From assembly GCA_017433415.1 (NCBI GenBank), contig JAFRHI010000027.1, forward strand, positions 20,615-84,614: 64,000 nucleotides of DNA. Reading direction: 5' to 3'. Origin of the DNA: Bacilli bacterium (GTDB lineage Bacteria > Bacillota_I > Bacilli_A > RF39 > UBA660). Of this stretch, positions 1-10,789 are shown one piece after another. The position numbers were made by a program, and so were the translations under genes. How positions within the stretch are numbered: the first letter of the stretch is position 1; every line of letters starts with the position of its first letter. The notes beneath the pieces were generated by a model. That model made no database searches. It saw only the letters and a list, made by a program, of their open reading frames with translations, and had not been told where the DNA came from.

Positions 1-1125
1 TTTAAGGGTAGAACTGGTAATTTTAAAACCATTCTTTTTTATAATAATCTAGATAATAATTTAATATTAGATAAAAGTAATGTTATTACAAAAGAATCTG
101 ATGTAAAAGAAGAAAGATTTGTTCCCAAAAAAGATTTAGAAATGGAAAAGAAAGAAAATTATTTGTTTTCTATAAATCAAGTTTTATTAGTTCCTTCGCT
201 AGAAACTAATACTCATTATTTTGTTAGAATTCCAAATACTGAAGCTAAAGAATATTTTTATGTTCCAAAAGAAGAATGTGAATGGACAGAAAATGGTGAA
301 TTGTTTTATACAAGTTTAAAATATGGCAAGTCATACAAAGTATATGATAAAACTGGTGAATATCTATATGACAAATCTTTTGAAGAATTAAAAAGCAAAT
401 GGGAAGATAAAACAAAGAAGCAATCTTCTCCAAGTAGCGAAGAATTAAAAGAAGTAGTAGACACAAAAGAAGATGAATTCATATATGATAATTCGTATAT
501 ATCTAAGTATAAAGAACCGATAAGCAAAATATATAAATCAAAGATATATTTAGAAACAGAAAAAGGATTTTATATTAAAACAAGTGATTCATCTTCACTA
601 TTATTTGCTACAAGAAAGATATGTTCTTGGACTGATGATAAAAGTTATTTAATTGTATGTCCTAAAAAAGGATTATTTAATTCTGGATTATCAAAGTATT
701 CATTAGATGGATTTAAAAAAACATTTGAAAAAAGAATTAATTATAATGAGATAAATAAATATTTAAAAATGTTTTATCCTAATGAATTAAAAAAGAAAGA
801 TACTTTGTTATTAGATATACCTAAATATAAGTGTAAATTCAATTCTAACTTTATTGAGATACCTTTAAATGTTAATGATATTTCAGGATATATAAATGTA
901 AATATTATTAAGACTAAAATAAATAAGGAATCTGTTGTAGTTGAATTTTCACCGAATGAACAAGTTGGATTTCATAACAAAGAAGGTAAATATATCGATC
1001 ACTATACTGGCAATCAAATATTAGATTTTTATAATCAAATGATTGAGAAAAGTAAAGTAATAGAATTTCCTTCTCCAGAAGTAGATACACAAGATGTTCC
1101 AATATTAGAAAAGGAGGCAGCTTAA
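1..1125 (+). CDS. hypothetical ICE protein, 5' end outside window
   Basis: Frame 1 is open from nt 1 into track ORF 142..1125. The SD of the next gene (aaggagg) is embedded in its last codons. No motif recognised. Confidence 0.5.
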   Translation, partial: FKGRTGNFKTILFYNNLDNNLILDKSNVITKESDVKEERFVPKKDLEMEKKENYLFSINQVLLVPSLETNTHYFVRIPNTEAKEYFYVPKEECEWTENGELFYTSLKYGKSYKVYDKTGEYLYDKSFEELKSKWEDKTKKQSSPSSEELKEVVDTKEDEFIYDNSYISKYKEPISKIYKSKIYLETEKGFYIKTSDSSSLLFATRKICSWTDDKSYLIVCPKKGLFNSGLSKYSLDGFKKTFEKRINYNEINKYLKMFYPNELKKKDTLLLDIPKYKCKFNSNFIEIPLNVNDISGYINVNIIKTKINKESVVVEFSPNEQVGFHNKEGKYIDHYTGNQILDFYNQMIEKSKVIEFPSPEVDTQDVPILEKEAA

Positions 1126-1126
1126 T

Positions 1127-2332
1127 ATGGATGGAAATGCAAAGCATGATTTAGAGCACACAGCAGAGAAAACTGTTGTTGTATCTGAAAAATCAACAAA
1201 AATATTTGCAAGAATTTTTGGAAGGTTTATGAAAAGAGCAAATAGGTATTATCAAAAACATTTTTCGTCTTCCATGAAAGCTCTTAGAAGTGATGGACCT
1301 ACTAAGGAACTTTATGTTTCTCCACCACTTACAAGAGCAGAAGCAAAACAGATTATTACAGCTTGTAGAGAAAATAATGTTTTAATGGGAATTAAGAAGA
1401 TGGATCCGAATGGTGAACAAGGAAGAAATCAATCCCTTCATAAACAAGAAAAACTTGCAAAGAATGAAATTAAATATCATAAATGGGATGATAGAAGGAA
1501 GACATTTAAAAAGATACCTATTATTCATAACTTATGCAAAGGTATGGTTGATAGATACAAAAATTTATCCATTAAAGATGAACAAGATAATTTGGATGAA
1601 AGATATGTTTTAATCTTCAATAAAAGCAAATTATCTTTTTTAAATGAGCAATTAGAAAAAATACCACCTAATAGAGTTAAACAACATGCACAAAATGAAC
1701 TTGCTGATATAAATAAAGATGGTGTAATTGATGAGCGTGATTATGAACCAATGCAACCTAGAGGAATGAATTTAAAAGTATCTGATTTAAGCAAGGTAGG
1801 AGAAGATTTTGGCTCATGTGCTGTAAGAGATTATTTATCAAATTATTGTACACAAAGGATAACAAAAGAACAATACTGTGAAATAAGAGAACAATTATTT
1901 GAATTAAGGAGTCATGGTGCATGTGTATATAATGACAATGAAATGATAATTGCTATTCCTTCAGAAGATTTACAAGAATATAAAACATTTGCTCCACTTG
2001 ATAGACCAATTAAGGAATATGGAACTAATGGTGCAAGGGATATAGAAACAGAAAGCAATTCAAATGATATTATTGAATTAGAATTAAATAATTTTGATGA
2101 TTACAAATTATTTAAAGAAAAATATGAAAAGAAAGATTTTGTTGCTCAACACATGCCAGATGGCAAAACGACAGTTTTGGTTAAAGAAACTGATACGAAG
2201 GAGTTGGTTGAGAATAGTAAAAAAAAATCCAAGACGGCAGATTTAGTAAAAGAGGCAGATGAATTTGCCGAAAAGAATAATCCAATAGAAAAAGTATTAG
2301 ACAAGGAAGAGGAAGTAGAAATTGCTCGTTAA
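1127..2332 (+). CDS. PcfB-like (DUF3801-type) conjugation accessory protein
   Basis: 401 aa. Sits directly 5' of, and overlaps, the coupling-protein gene, as PcfB-type genes do in Gram-positive conjugative elements. Family call is from recall only. Confidence 0.4.
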   Translation: MDGNAKHDLEHTAEKTVVVSEKSTKIFARIFGRFMKRANRYYQKHFSSSMKALRSDGPTKELYVSPPLTRAEAKQIITACRENNVLMGIKKMDPNGEQGRNQSLHKQEKLAKNEIKYHKWDDRRKTFKKIPIIHNLCKGMVDRYKNLSIKDEQDNLDERYVLIFNKSKLSFLNEQLEKIPPNRVKQHAQNELADINKDGVIDERDYEPMQPRGMNLKVSDLSKVGEDFGSCAVRDYLSNYCTQRITKEQYCEIREQLFELRSHGACVYNDNEMIIAIPSEDLQEYKTFAPLDRPIKEYGTNGARDIETESNSNDIIELELNNFDDYKLFKEKYEKKDFVAQHMPDGKTTVLVKETDTKELVENSKKKSKTADLVKEADEFAEKNNPIEKVLDKEEEVEIAR

Positions 2333-4265
2333 GAGAGTTCACAAAGGTAGTAAATGGATTATTTTTATAGTTGTTTTAATTGCCTCGTATTATGCTCTAA
2401 GAGTTAGTAGTCTTGCAGAGATAAATGGTAGTTTTAAATTTGAATATTTAACTGAAGCATTAGATAAACTTCATGTAATTACAACACCAGTTATTTTAAA
2501 TGCTAAAACAATATCTACATCATTATTTGTAGGATTGTTTGTTGCAATGATTGTCTATACTTATTTAATGCAAAATAAAAAGAATATTCAAGAAAATACA
2601 CATGGTAGTGCTGAATGGGAAGATTCGAGCACTACCAAACCATTCAGAGAAAAAGAATTATGTAAGAATCAAATCTTTACATCTACTGAGATGTTTGCAA
2701 AGAATATGCGAATATCCAAAAGAAATAGACATGTGATTTTGGTTGGAAAACCTGGATGTGGGAAAAGTCGTTATTATTTCAAACCTAACATTTTAAATGC
2801 TGATGGTGAAACATTTATAGTAACAGATCCAAAAGGCGAATTACTTCGTGATTGTGGAATGTCATTAATAAATAAAGGTTATGATATTCGTGTTTTGAAT
2901 TTGGTTGATAAATGGAAATCTGATCACTTCAATCCTTTAATGTACATCAAAAAAATCAAAAAGCATAATGCTGATGATAGTGAAGGAGAAGATTGGATAG
3001 CTGAAGATGATGTTATGACACTTATAAATACATTAATGCTTAATACTAAATCCGAAACAATAGAAAGTAATACAGGAGATCCATTTTGGGAAAGATGTGA
3101 ATCTATGTTTCTTCAAGCAATAATCTATTATGTAATTTTTAACTATGATGAAAAAGATAGAAACTTTAAAACTGTACTAGAACTTATTAGATTAGCAGAA
3201 CCAGATAAAGAAGGCAATTCTACTTTAGGCAATATGTTTAAAGCATGGGAATCTAAAGATCCAGATAATATTGGAATTAAGCAATGGAAACATTTTAAAG
3301 TATCTGCTTCATCAACTAAAATGATGAGTACAATTATTATTACAGCATCAGCAAGATTATCTCCGTTTAATATTGCTGAACTTGAAGCTATAACAGTAAA
3401 TGATACTATGGAATTAAATAGAATAGGTGCTAAAGGTGATGAAGGGAAAATTGCATACTTTATTATTAATAGTCCTAATGATTCAACATTTAATTTCTTA
3501 GCAAGTATAATGTATTCGCAAATATTTTCAATAATAGATTATAATGCAAGTCATAACAATGGTTCACTAGCAACCCCAGTACAAATATTTTGCGATGAAT
3601 GGGCACAATTAGGCGTAATACCAAGGTATTTGGAAAATTTGGCTTATGTCCGTGGATTAAATTGTGGTGTAACGACCTGTCTTCAATCCTTATCACAGAT
3701 TAAGAAAGTTTATAAGGAAAATTGGGAAACAGCACTTGACTGTTCAGATTATTTTCTATTCATGGGCTCTGGAAGTAAGGAAACATTGGAATATGTTTCA
3801 TTGATGCTCGGTAAGAAAACATGGTATAAACGATCAACTGGAAGGACTTATGCTAGGCAAGGTTCATCATCGTCCAATTGGGATGTTGTTGGAAGAGAAC
3901 TAGCACAGGTAGATGAGATTTCTAGGATGGAAAAAGGTTATTGTATCTTACTTGTTTCAGGACTTAGACCTTTTTACTCTAAAATGTATGAATTAAAAAA
4001 TCATCCTAGATATAACGAATTGTTTGAAGCGTGGGATGAAAAAAACACGATTCAAAATAGATATGAGCATGTTGAAGAAAGGAGGAAGACAAAGGAAATA
4101 CGAAGAAAGCAGCAATTACTAAATGAATTGGGTTTAAGTTGTGCAAAAGTAAAACCTGAATTTAGAGCAAGAAAACTAACAGCAGATGAAGAGCAAAATA
4201 TTGAAGATAGTGATGTTATGCTATCTACTAAAAGTCTTACTGATGAACTATTAGAATCTATATAG
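2322..4265 (+). CDS. type IV coupling protein, VirD4/TraG/PcfC family
   Basis: 647 aa; N-terminal TM segments; Walker A GKPGCGKS; TDPKGEL motif typical of TraG/VirD4; Walker B-like IFCDEWAQLG. TTG start overlaps the upstream gene. Confidence 0.85.
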   Translation: MLVKRVHKGSKWIIFIVVLIASYYALRVSSLAEINGSFKFEYLTEALDKLHVITTPVILNAKTISTSLFVGLFVAMIVYTYLMQNKKNIQENTHGSAEWEDSSTTKPFREKELCKNQIFTSTEMFAKNMRISKRNRHVILVGKPGCGKSRYYFKPNILNADGETFIVTDPKGELLRDCGMSLINKGYDIRVLNLVDKWKSDHFNPLMYIKKIKKHNADDSEGEDWIAEDDVMTLINTLMLNTKSETIESNTGDPFWERCESMFLQAIIYYVIFNYDEKDRNFKTVLELIRLAEPDKEGNSTLGNMFKAWESKDPDNIGIKQWKHFKVSASSTKMMSTIIITASARLSPFNIAELEAITVNDTMELNRIGAKGDEGKIAYFIINSPNDSTFNFLASIMYSQIFSIIDYNASHNNGSLATPVQIFCDEWAQLGVIPRYLENLAYVRGLNCGVTTCLQSLSQIKKVYKENWETALDCSDYFLFMGSGSKETLEYVSLMLGKKTWYKRSTGRTYARQGSSSSNWDVVGRELAQVDEISRMEKGYCILLVSGLRPFYSKMYELKNHPRYNELFEAWDEKNTIQNRYEHVEERRKTKEIRRKQQLLNELGLSCAKVKPEFRARKLTADEEQNIEDSDVMLSTKSLTDELLESI

Positions 4266-4299
4266 TTCTTTTTTTAATTTAAACAAAGAAAGGGAGAAT

Positions 4300-4629
4300 A
4301 TGATGAAAAAAAATAATGTTTTATTAAAAGTAAAAAATTCATTAAAAAAAGTAGTTAGTGGTTTAAATATAGTATTATGCAGTTTGATTTTAAGTACAAA
4401 TAGCGTATATGCTGCTGGAAGTAATACAAGTAGCATTGACGGATTTATCACATTTGTATGTGATTGGCTATTAAAAATTGGTGGTGTAGTTGCCTTAATT
4501 GGTGCTGTAATGTTTGCACTAGGATGGCAAAGAGATGATGCAGAAGGTAAATCAAGAGGTTTAATGACTATGATGGCTGGATTTATGGTAATAGCTATTA
4601 GTCAATCAAAAGGATTATTTGGTCTATAA
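4300..4629 (+). CDS. small T4SS membrane protein (Maff2/VirB2-like)
   Basis: 109 aa; basic N-terminus plus signal-like TM, two further TM helices; SD agggag upstream; positioned after the coupling protein. Confidence 0.4.
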   Translation: MMKKNNVLLKVKNSLKKVVSGLNIVLCSLILSTNSVYAAGSNTSSIDGFITFVCDWLLKIGGVVALIGAVMFALGWQRDDAEGKSRGLMTMMAGFMVIAISQSKGLFGL

Positions 4630-4652
4630 AATTAATCTAAAGGAGGATACGA

Positions 4653-5471
4653 ATGGCTAAATTGATTGAAAATCTATTTAAAATATCCTTCAAAATATTA
4701 GGATTTAAAATAGATATAAGTGATTTTGTTGGAACTATTCGTAGTCTTTGCAATTGGAATACTATTACTAATACAACAATATGGACACTAGCAACTAAGA
4801 TACATTCTATTATTGTTCCGATAGGACTGAGTTTATTAACTCTGTTCTTCCTGATAGATATAACAAAGAAAGTAATGGATTATGAGAGAATGAGCTGGGA
4901 GCGAATCGTTTTCACATGTATTCGCTTTCTTATCTTTAAAATGCTTATTGAAAATTCATTTGAATTGTTATCATCTATCATGACTATAACAAATGATATA
5001 TTAAATAAAGTAACAGCATCAATATCTTCAACAGGCTCACTTCCTAATTTATCAACTCAAATGGGTGATTTAGTAAGAAATGCAGGAGGATTAATTGACC
5101 GTGGCTTTATGGGTGTTATTATCTTAATCTTATATATTCCGTTTATGGGAACAATGATTGGTGTTCTTGTTCAAGTGTTCTTACGAATAGGAAAGTTAAT
5201 ATTAAGTTTTGCTTTCTCACCAATACCAATTGCTATTGGAACTTGGGAAGATGGTCAAAATGTATGTAAAAGATTTATAATGTCTACCATTGCACTTGGA
5301 ATTGAAGCATCTATGATAGTAGTAGCAACAGCAATTTATTCGCTATCATTATCAACATTATCTGATGCAAGTTCAATAAGTTCTATGATTGCTATTATGT
5401 TCTTAAATGGATTCTTAATGGCAATGATTTCAATGACAAGTAGTATGGCAGAGAAATGGACAGGAGGATAA
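4653..5471 (+). CDS. polytopic T4SS membrane protein (VirB6/TrbL-like)
   Basis: 272 aa with multiple hydrophobic helices; SD aaggagg; lies in the T4SS gene order. Confidence 0.45.
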   Translation: MAKLIENLFKISFKILGFKIDISDFVGTIRSLCNWNTITNTTIWTLATKIHSIIVPIGLSLLTLFFLIDITKKVMDYERMSWERIVFTCIRFLIFKMLIENSFELLSSIMTITNDILNKVTASISSTGSLPNLSTQMGDLVRNAGGLIDRGFMGVIILILYIPFMGTMIGVLVQVFLRIGKLILSFAFSPIPIAIGTWEDGQNVCKRFIMSTIALGIEASMIVVATAIYSLSLSTLSDASSISSMIAIMFLNGFLMAMISMTSSMAEKWTGG

Positions 5472-5472
5472 G

Positions 5473-6099
5473 ATGGATAGAATAGAACCTAGAATTCATG
5501 ATGAGATAAAAGATTATAAAGAAAAGTTTTATAATTTTACTTTAAGACAATGGATATTTGGAATTCTTATTCTTATAACTACTGTGCCTTTATATCTTGT
5601 GTTATCTCCAAAAGTTGGAAGTAATATTGCAGGATGGTTAGTTATATTAATTGCTATTCCTATTGGATTTGTTGGATTCATTCCAATACAAGGACTAAAT
5701 GCAGAAAGAATAATGTTTTTCTGGAAAAGAAACTACATTAATTTTGCTAAACCTATTCTTTATAAAACTGAAGAAGAAATTCTTCAAGAAAAGAATGGTA
5801 AAAAGAAAAAAACAGTAGTTAGTAATTTAAGTAAGAAAGAACAGAAAAATATTCAAAAGTTAGAAAAACAAAAACAAAAAGAACTTCAAAAGGAAAGAAA
5901 AAAACAAAGAGAAATTGCTCGTGCTAAAAAGAAATTTGGAATTAATAATTTAGAGAACACACAAAGTAATTTCTCATTAAGTCAAGAAGAAGCTCAAGTA
6001 TTACTTAAACTTGCAAGACAGGTAGTAGGGAAGGAGGAAAAAGAGATAAATGGTTCAGAAACAAAAGAAGATACGCCAACAGACAAAGAAGAAGCGTAA
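5473..6099 (+). CDS. PrgI-like membrane protein
   Basis: 208 aa; two TM helices after FTLRQW, then a Lys/Glu-rich tail; immediately precedes and overlaps the VirB4 gene. Confidence 0.45.
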   Translation: MDRIEPRIHDEIKDYKEKFYNFTLRQWIFGILILITTVPLYLVLSPKVGSNIAGWLVILIAIPIGFVGFIPIQGLNAERIMFFWKRNYINFAKPILYKTEEEILQEKNGKKKKTVVSNLSKKEQKNIQKLEKQKQKELQKERKKQREIARAKKKFGINNLENTQSNFSLSQEEAQVLLKLARQVVGKEEKEINGSETKEDTPTDKEEA

Positions 6100-8467
6100 T
6101 CTACTTCCTAAAGTATTTACACCTAAAACAAGTCAAGAAGTAATATCATATATGTTTAAAGAAGTTGATGAAAAAACAAATATATTTAAAATAAGTGATG
6201 AAGAATATTCAATATGTATTGAGTATACTGATGTATCATTTGCTAAAGCTAATGATGAGGAAGCAGAAAATATATTCTTTAAATGGTTAGAGTATTTACA
6301 TTCATTTAGAGAGGATACTCATATTGCTGTTATAAATGCAGGAACTCCTATTAAAACAGAAAAGTATAAAGAAAAATTTATATTTGATACTGATAATATA
6401 AAGGATGAAAAACAATTACAAATAGCAGATGAATTAAATACTATTATTACAAATTCACTTGGTTCTAATGAAGAAACATTACAAACAAAAAGATTTATTG
6501 TAATTTCATTAAGAGCCAAAAACTTCCTTGAAGCCAATGCTTTATTTTTAAATATGTTTATAAAAACTGAACAAAAATTTAAAGAACTAAAATCTAAAGT
6601 AACATTAGTTAGTATTAAAGAAAGGTTAAAGTTTTTATATAATTTCTTTAATGTTGAATCTTTAGAAACTAGAGGCATAGAAAATATTATTACTTATGCT
6701 AAAGATAATAATATGTCTATCTTTGATGTAATTGCTCCAAAAAAGATTTCTATGAGAGAATCTGATTTTATAGAAATTGATGATAAGAAATTTTTAAGAG
6801 TATTATATGTATCTAAACTTCCTAAAAGTCTAACACCAAGATTTTATAATCGTTTAACTACATTAGAAGAGATTAATTTAATTACTACATTAAATATTAA
6901 TCCTACTAATTCAGCTAAGATGATTAAACAAGTTGATAAAAGTTTATCAGCAATGGAAACTGAAAGACTTGAGAAAATCAAAAGAGCTGGTAAAAGTAAT
7001 TTAGATTATGAATGGGTTAAAGATAAGAAGTTAGAAACAAGAATTTCAAATGCAGAACAATTACAATATGACCTTCAAAAGAATAACCAAAAGATATTTC
7101 AAAATAATTTTTTAGTTTGTATATCTGCGAATTCATTTGAAGAGTTAGAAGATCAAACAGTAAAGGTTCAAGAAGTAGCTGCTGAAATGTTAGTTGAAAT
7201 GAAACCATTATTATGGCAACAATTAGAAGGATTACAAAATATTCTTCCGTTAGGTCATAATTCATTACAATTTCAAAGAACTTTAACAAGCGAAGCAACA
7301 GCTGTTAATGTTCCTTTTAATAGTAAAGACTTTAATCATGAAAAGTCTTTATTTTATGGAGTAAATTTAGTTAGTAAAAATGCAATATTTTGTGATAGAA
7401 AACAATTAATCAATGGAAATGGATGTGTTCTAGCAACATCTGGAGCAGGAAAATCATTTAATGTAAAAACATTAATTGAACAAATTTTAATTCGTTATCC
7501 TGCCGATGATGTCTGTATAATAGAACCTCAGGACGAATATTCTAATCTTTTAAAAGTATTTGGTGGACAGAAGATATTTATATCTACAACATCAGATACT
7601 CATATAAATCCATTTGATCTGTCATTAAATTATGGTTGTTCTGATACAGGAAAAAGCGAACCAGTAAAAAGTAAAGTAGAATATATTATTGCTTTCTTAG
7701 AAAGTATAGTAGGAGCAAATGCTCTTACAGGTGGACAAAAGACTATCATTGATAGATGTACTAAAATTATTTTTGAGGATTATGAGAAAAGTAATTTTGA
7801 AGATGATAGTTTACTTCCTACTTTACCAGATTTTTATAATATGCTTTTAAAACAACCAGAAGAAGAAGCAAAGGATTTAGCACTTATAATTGAAAGATAT
7901 GTTAAAGGTTCTATGGATTTGTTTTCTAAAAAGACAAATATTGATATACAAAATAGACTTGTATCATTTGATATTAGTAAATTATCGGCATCTTTACAAA
8001 CTACTGGATATTTAGTTGTTTTGGATCATATTCAAAATAGATTAGCAAAGAACAAAGAATTAGGTAAATATACATGGATATTTATTGATGAATTCCATAT
8101 ATTACTTGCAAATCCTTATTCTGCACAATATGTTGCTAATTTCTATAAAACAGGAAGAAAGCTAAATGCTTTAAATACTGTTATATCGCAACAAATTTCT
8201 CATTTATTGAGGTCAGAATCAGGCAAGGATATTTTATCAAATTCAGAGTTTGCTTTAATATTAAAACAAAAACCATTAGATTTACCGTCTATATGCAGTA
8301 TTTTTAATATAAGTGATGAAGAATCAATGTATGTTCAAGGTGATGCTCCGACAGGACAAGGTTTAGTTGTATTTGGTTCTGATGTAATACCATTTACAAA
8401 TAAAGTACCAAAAGATTATTTAATTTACCAAGTTAATAATACAGATAGTATGGTTCAAGCGAGGTAG
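6050..8467 (+). CDS. VirB4/PrgJ-family conjugative T4SS ATPase
   Basis: 805 aa; Walker A TSGAGKSF; Walker B WIFIDEFHILL; size and position typical. Confidence 0.85.
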   Translation: MVQKQKKIRQQTKKKRNLLPKVFTPKTSQEVISYMFKEVDEKTNIFKISDEEYSICIEYTDVSFAKANDEEAENIFFKWLEYLHSFREDTHIAVINAGTPIKTEKYKEKFIFDTDNIKDEKQLQIADELNTIITNSLGSNEETLQTKRFIVISLRAKNFLEANALFLNMFIKTEQKFKELKSKVTLVSIKERLKFLYNFFNVESLETRGIENIITYAKDNNMSIFDVIAPKKISMRESDFIEIDDKKFLRVLYVSKLPKSLTPRFYNRLTTLEEINLITTLNINPTNSAKMIKQVDKSLSAMETERLEKIKRAGKSNLDYEWVKDKKLETRISNAEQLQYDLQKNNQKIFQNNFLVCISANSFEELEDQTVKVQEVAAEMLVEMKPLLWQQLEGLQNILPLGHNSLQFQRTLTSEATAVNVPFNSKDFNHEKSLFYGVNLVSKNAIFCDRKQLINGNGCVLATSGAGKSFNVKTLIEQILIRYPADDVCIIEPQDEYSNLLKVFGGQKIFISTTSDTHINPFDLSLNYGCSDTGKSEPVKSKVEYIIAFLESIVGANALTGGQKTIIDRCTKIIFEDYEKSNFEDDSLLPTLPDFYNMLLKQPEEEAKDLALIIERYVKGSMDLFSKKTNIDIQNRLVSFDISKLSASLQTTGYLVVLDHIQNRLAKNKELGKYTWIFIDEFHILLANPYSAQYVANFYKTGRKLNALNTVISQQISHLLRSESGKDILSNSEFALILKQKPLDLPSICSIFNISDEESMYVQGDAPTGQGLVVFGSDVIPFTNKVPKDYLIYQVNNTDSMVQAR

Positions 8468-8469
8468 AT

Positions 8470-10353
8470 ATGAATAATAATGCTGAAAGAGATACAAAGA
8501 AGGCGATTGATAGATTATCAACCGTTTCTTCTTCAGCATCATCTAATACATTAGATTTAGTAGATAAAGGTGCAAAGAAGTTATCAGATGTACGAGAAGA
8601 ACGAGAATTAAGGGCATTAGAAGGCGAGAATAATGACAATATAGAAGATACAGGTTCACGATTAAAAACTTCTGAAAATGTCCAAGAAACAGTAAATACA
8701 GAAGGTGTAGAAGTATCTGAAGAATCAACAAGTAGAATAAAAACTAATGTTAATGCTTCAGCATCTAAGGTTAATGTTGAAAAGAGTGAAGGAGTGAGCA
8801 AATCCGAAGCTACTCCTAAGACAAGTAAACTAAAAACTTCTGTTTCAAAAGCTGTTCAAAAGACTTTTAAATTTAATGATAATCAGGGAAAAATTTCTAA
8901 AGCAATGACAGTTGTTAGTAAAACTGGAAGCAAAGCTTCAAAAGCAGGTAGAACTGTTACAAGGACATCAAGAGAATTGAATAAAGCAATGAGTAATGAT
9001 GGAACAGGAACAGAGTATATAAATGATAAGATAGGTCGTAAAGTTAAAACTAAGAGTTATAAAATAGCGAAAAAAGGAGCTAAAAAACTACAAAAAAAAT
9101 TTAATCAAACACTTGGTAAAAAATTAGTTCAAGTTGCTAAGACAGTTTTAATTAAACTTTTAAAATTACTTATTTCAATATTTACAGCAGCAGCTGAATT
9201 TATAATTCCAGTTGCCTTAGTGGTTTTGATTATAGTAGCGATATGTTCAATATTTGGTAGTGGTTCATCTAATGATAAATCAATAACTGATTATTCATCT
9301 TATATGAAATCTGTTCAAGCAGAATACAATAAACAAGTGGATGATTGGAAACGAATGAATCCAACAGGTATTGTTGTAGGTGTTAAAGGTGAATATGGTC
9401 AAATTGATTGGAGAATACCACTTGCGATTATGCAATCAACAGGAGCTGAATTAAGTTTTGATTCTGATGAAAAGAGTTTACTTGATACTTTTAAATCAGC
9501 AGGATTATATGAAAAGCATGAAGTGGTATATCAAGAAGTAGAAGGCAGTAGTTCAACTCCAACACAATCAACTACATTTAACACACCGTCAACCACACCA
9601 CAATATAGTACAGAAATAACTCCAGCAAATAATCAAGCAAATACAATTCCTGTTTTAGTAATTACGAATGGTGTTTATGAAGACTATTTAGAATGGTTAA
9701 ATAAAAATTATTCTAAGATAGCAGATTTTAATAAAAAGAAAAAAGTAACAGATGGATCTGATACTTCGCTCTCATATGATCAAAAAGAAATGTTAGAATT
9801 ATTATATCAATCTGATGATTTTGCTGAATTATTAGGAAATGATTTTGTTACTCATACGCCTGTGTATGGTAAAAATGAAACAAAGGCAGATTTAAAGAGT
9901 GATAATTATAATTCTAAAAATACATTAGCAACATCTGGATTTAAAGGTCAATGTACTTGGTATTCATTTGGTAGGGCACTAGAAATATCAGGAATGAAGA
10001 TGCCTACTGGTAATGCTCAGACTTGGCTTACATCAGCCATTGCTATGGGATATAAAACAGGCACACAACCATCAACAAATTCTGTTGTGGTATTGATGGG
10101 ACACAAGTATGGTCATGTTGCTTATGTTGAAGCTTATGATGGAAAAACTATAACAATTAGTGAAGGAAATGTTGGTAATAAGTGTAGTAGTGATGATACT
10201 TGTAGTCAAGTTGAATATGCTAATGAACACGCTGAAGAATTAGTTAGAACCAAAACTTATTCTTCATTTGATGCTTATAGAAAAGCAAGTAAGAATAGTG
10301 GATTAACAGTAGTAGGATTTATATATTTAGATAAAGAAAAGGAGAAACAATGA
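8470..10353 (+). CDS. PrgK-like cell-wall hydrolase with C-terminal CHAP domain
   Basis: 627 aa; central TM; CHAP catalytic Cys (FKGQCTWYSFGRA) and His (GHKYGHVAYVEAYDG). Confidence 0.8.
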   Translation: MNNNAERDTKKAIDRLSTVSSSASSNTLDLVDKGAKKLSDVREERELRALEGENNDNIEDTGSRLKTSENVQETVNTEGVEVSEESTSRIKTNVNASASKVNVEKSEGVSKSEATPKTSKLKTSVSKAVQKTFKFNDNQGKISKAMTVVSKTGSKASKAGRTVTRTSRELNKAMSNDGTGTEYINDKIGRKVKTKSYKIAKKGAKKLQKKFNQTLGKKLVQVAKTVLIKLLKLLISIFTAAAEFIIPVALVVLIIVAICSIFGSGSSNDKSITDYSSYMKSVQAEYNKQVDDWKRMNPTGIVVGVKGEYGQIDWRIPLAIMQSTGAELSFDSDEKSLLDTFKSAGLYEKHEVVYQEVEGSSSTPTQSTTFNTPSTTPQYSTEITPANNQANTIPVLVITNGVYEDYLEWLNKNYSKIADFNKKKKVTDGSDTSLSYDQKEMLELLYQSDDFAELLGNDFVTHTPVYGKNETKADLKSDNYNSKNTLATSGFKGQCTWYSFGRALEISGMKMPTGNAQTWLTSAIAMGYKTGTQPSTNSVVVLMGHKYGHVAYVEAYDGKTITISEGNVGNKCSSDDTCSQVEYANEHAEELVRTKTYSSFDAYRKASKNSGLTVVGFIYLDKEKEKQ

Positions 10354-10766
10354 AAAAAGGAAAAATAATTTTTATAGCTGTTGTTGCAGTAATCTTTTGT
10401 ATAGCAGTTCCAGTAATTCTAAATAGAGGAGCAATTCAAAGAAAATTAGAAGCAATTAGACAAGAAGAAGCAGAAAAAGAAAAATACGAGGAAATGCTTA
10501 AAGCTGATGAAATTGCTCCTATATTAATTCTTTCTCAAGATAAAGTTATTATGTATCAAGGAGATGAACTTAATTATAAATCATTTATTAAAGAAGCATC
10601 TGACAACTTAGAAGGAGATTTAACAGATAAAGTTAAATATAACGAATTAGATATAAATCAAGTTGGTGAATTTGTTGTAGATTATGAAATAAGTGATACA
10701 GCACTTAATATAACAAAAGCAGAGCTTCAAGTAATTATTAAAGAAAAACCAAACTTTAAATACTAA
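10350..10766 (+). CDS. membrane-anchored DUF5011/Ig-like domain protein
   Basis: 138 aa; N-terminal TM; domain ...GDELNY...EGDLTDKVKY...VGEFVVDYEISD... is paralogous to the next gene; ATGA overlap with the upstream gene. Confidence 0.5.
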   Translation: MKKGKIIFIAVVAVIFCIAVPVILNRGAIQRKLEAIRQEEAEKEKYEEMLKADEIAPILILSQDKVIMYQGDELNYKSFIKEASDNLEGDLTDKVKYNELDINQVGEFVVDYEISDTALNITKAELQVIIKEKPNFKY

Positions 10767-10789
10767 AATAATGAAGGGAGAATTTTACT

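Noticed and set aside
245-1147. Short antisense and nested ORFs in the track. Examples: 245-466, 306-527, 914-1147; likewise 1410-1613, 3490-3696, 4251-4451, 6319-6678, 7017-7298, 8433-8801, 8543-8731, 11186-11399, 18192-18440, 19330-19605, 24356-24646, 24742-24945, 29901-30128, 31001-31273, 32987-33265, 43913-44179, 45355-45549, 50077-50307, 53997-54330, 54359-54613
   Set aside because: Each lies inside a longer ORF with recognisable motifs or operon context. Their AT-rich, low-complexity translations have no SD, which is typical of spurious ORFs in AT-rich DNA.
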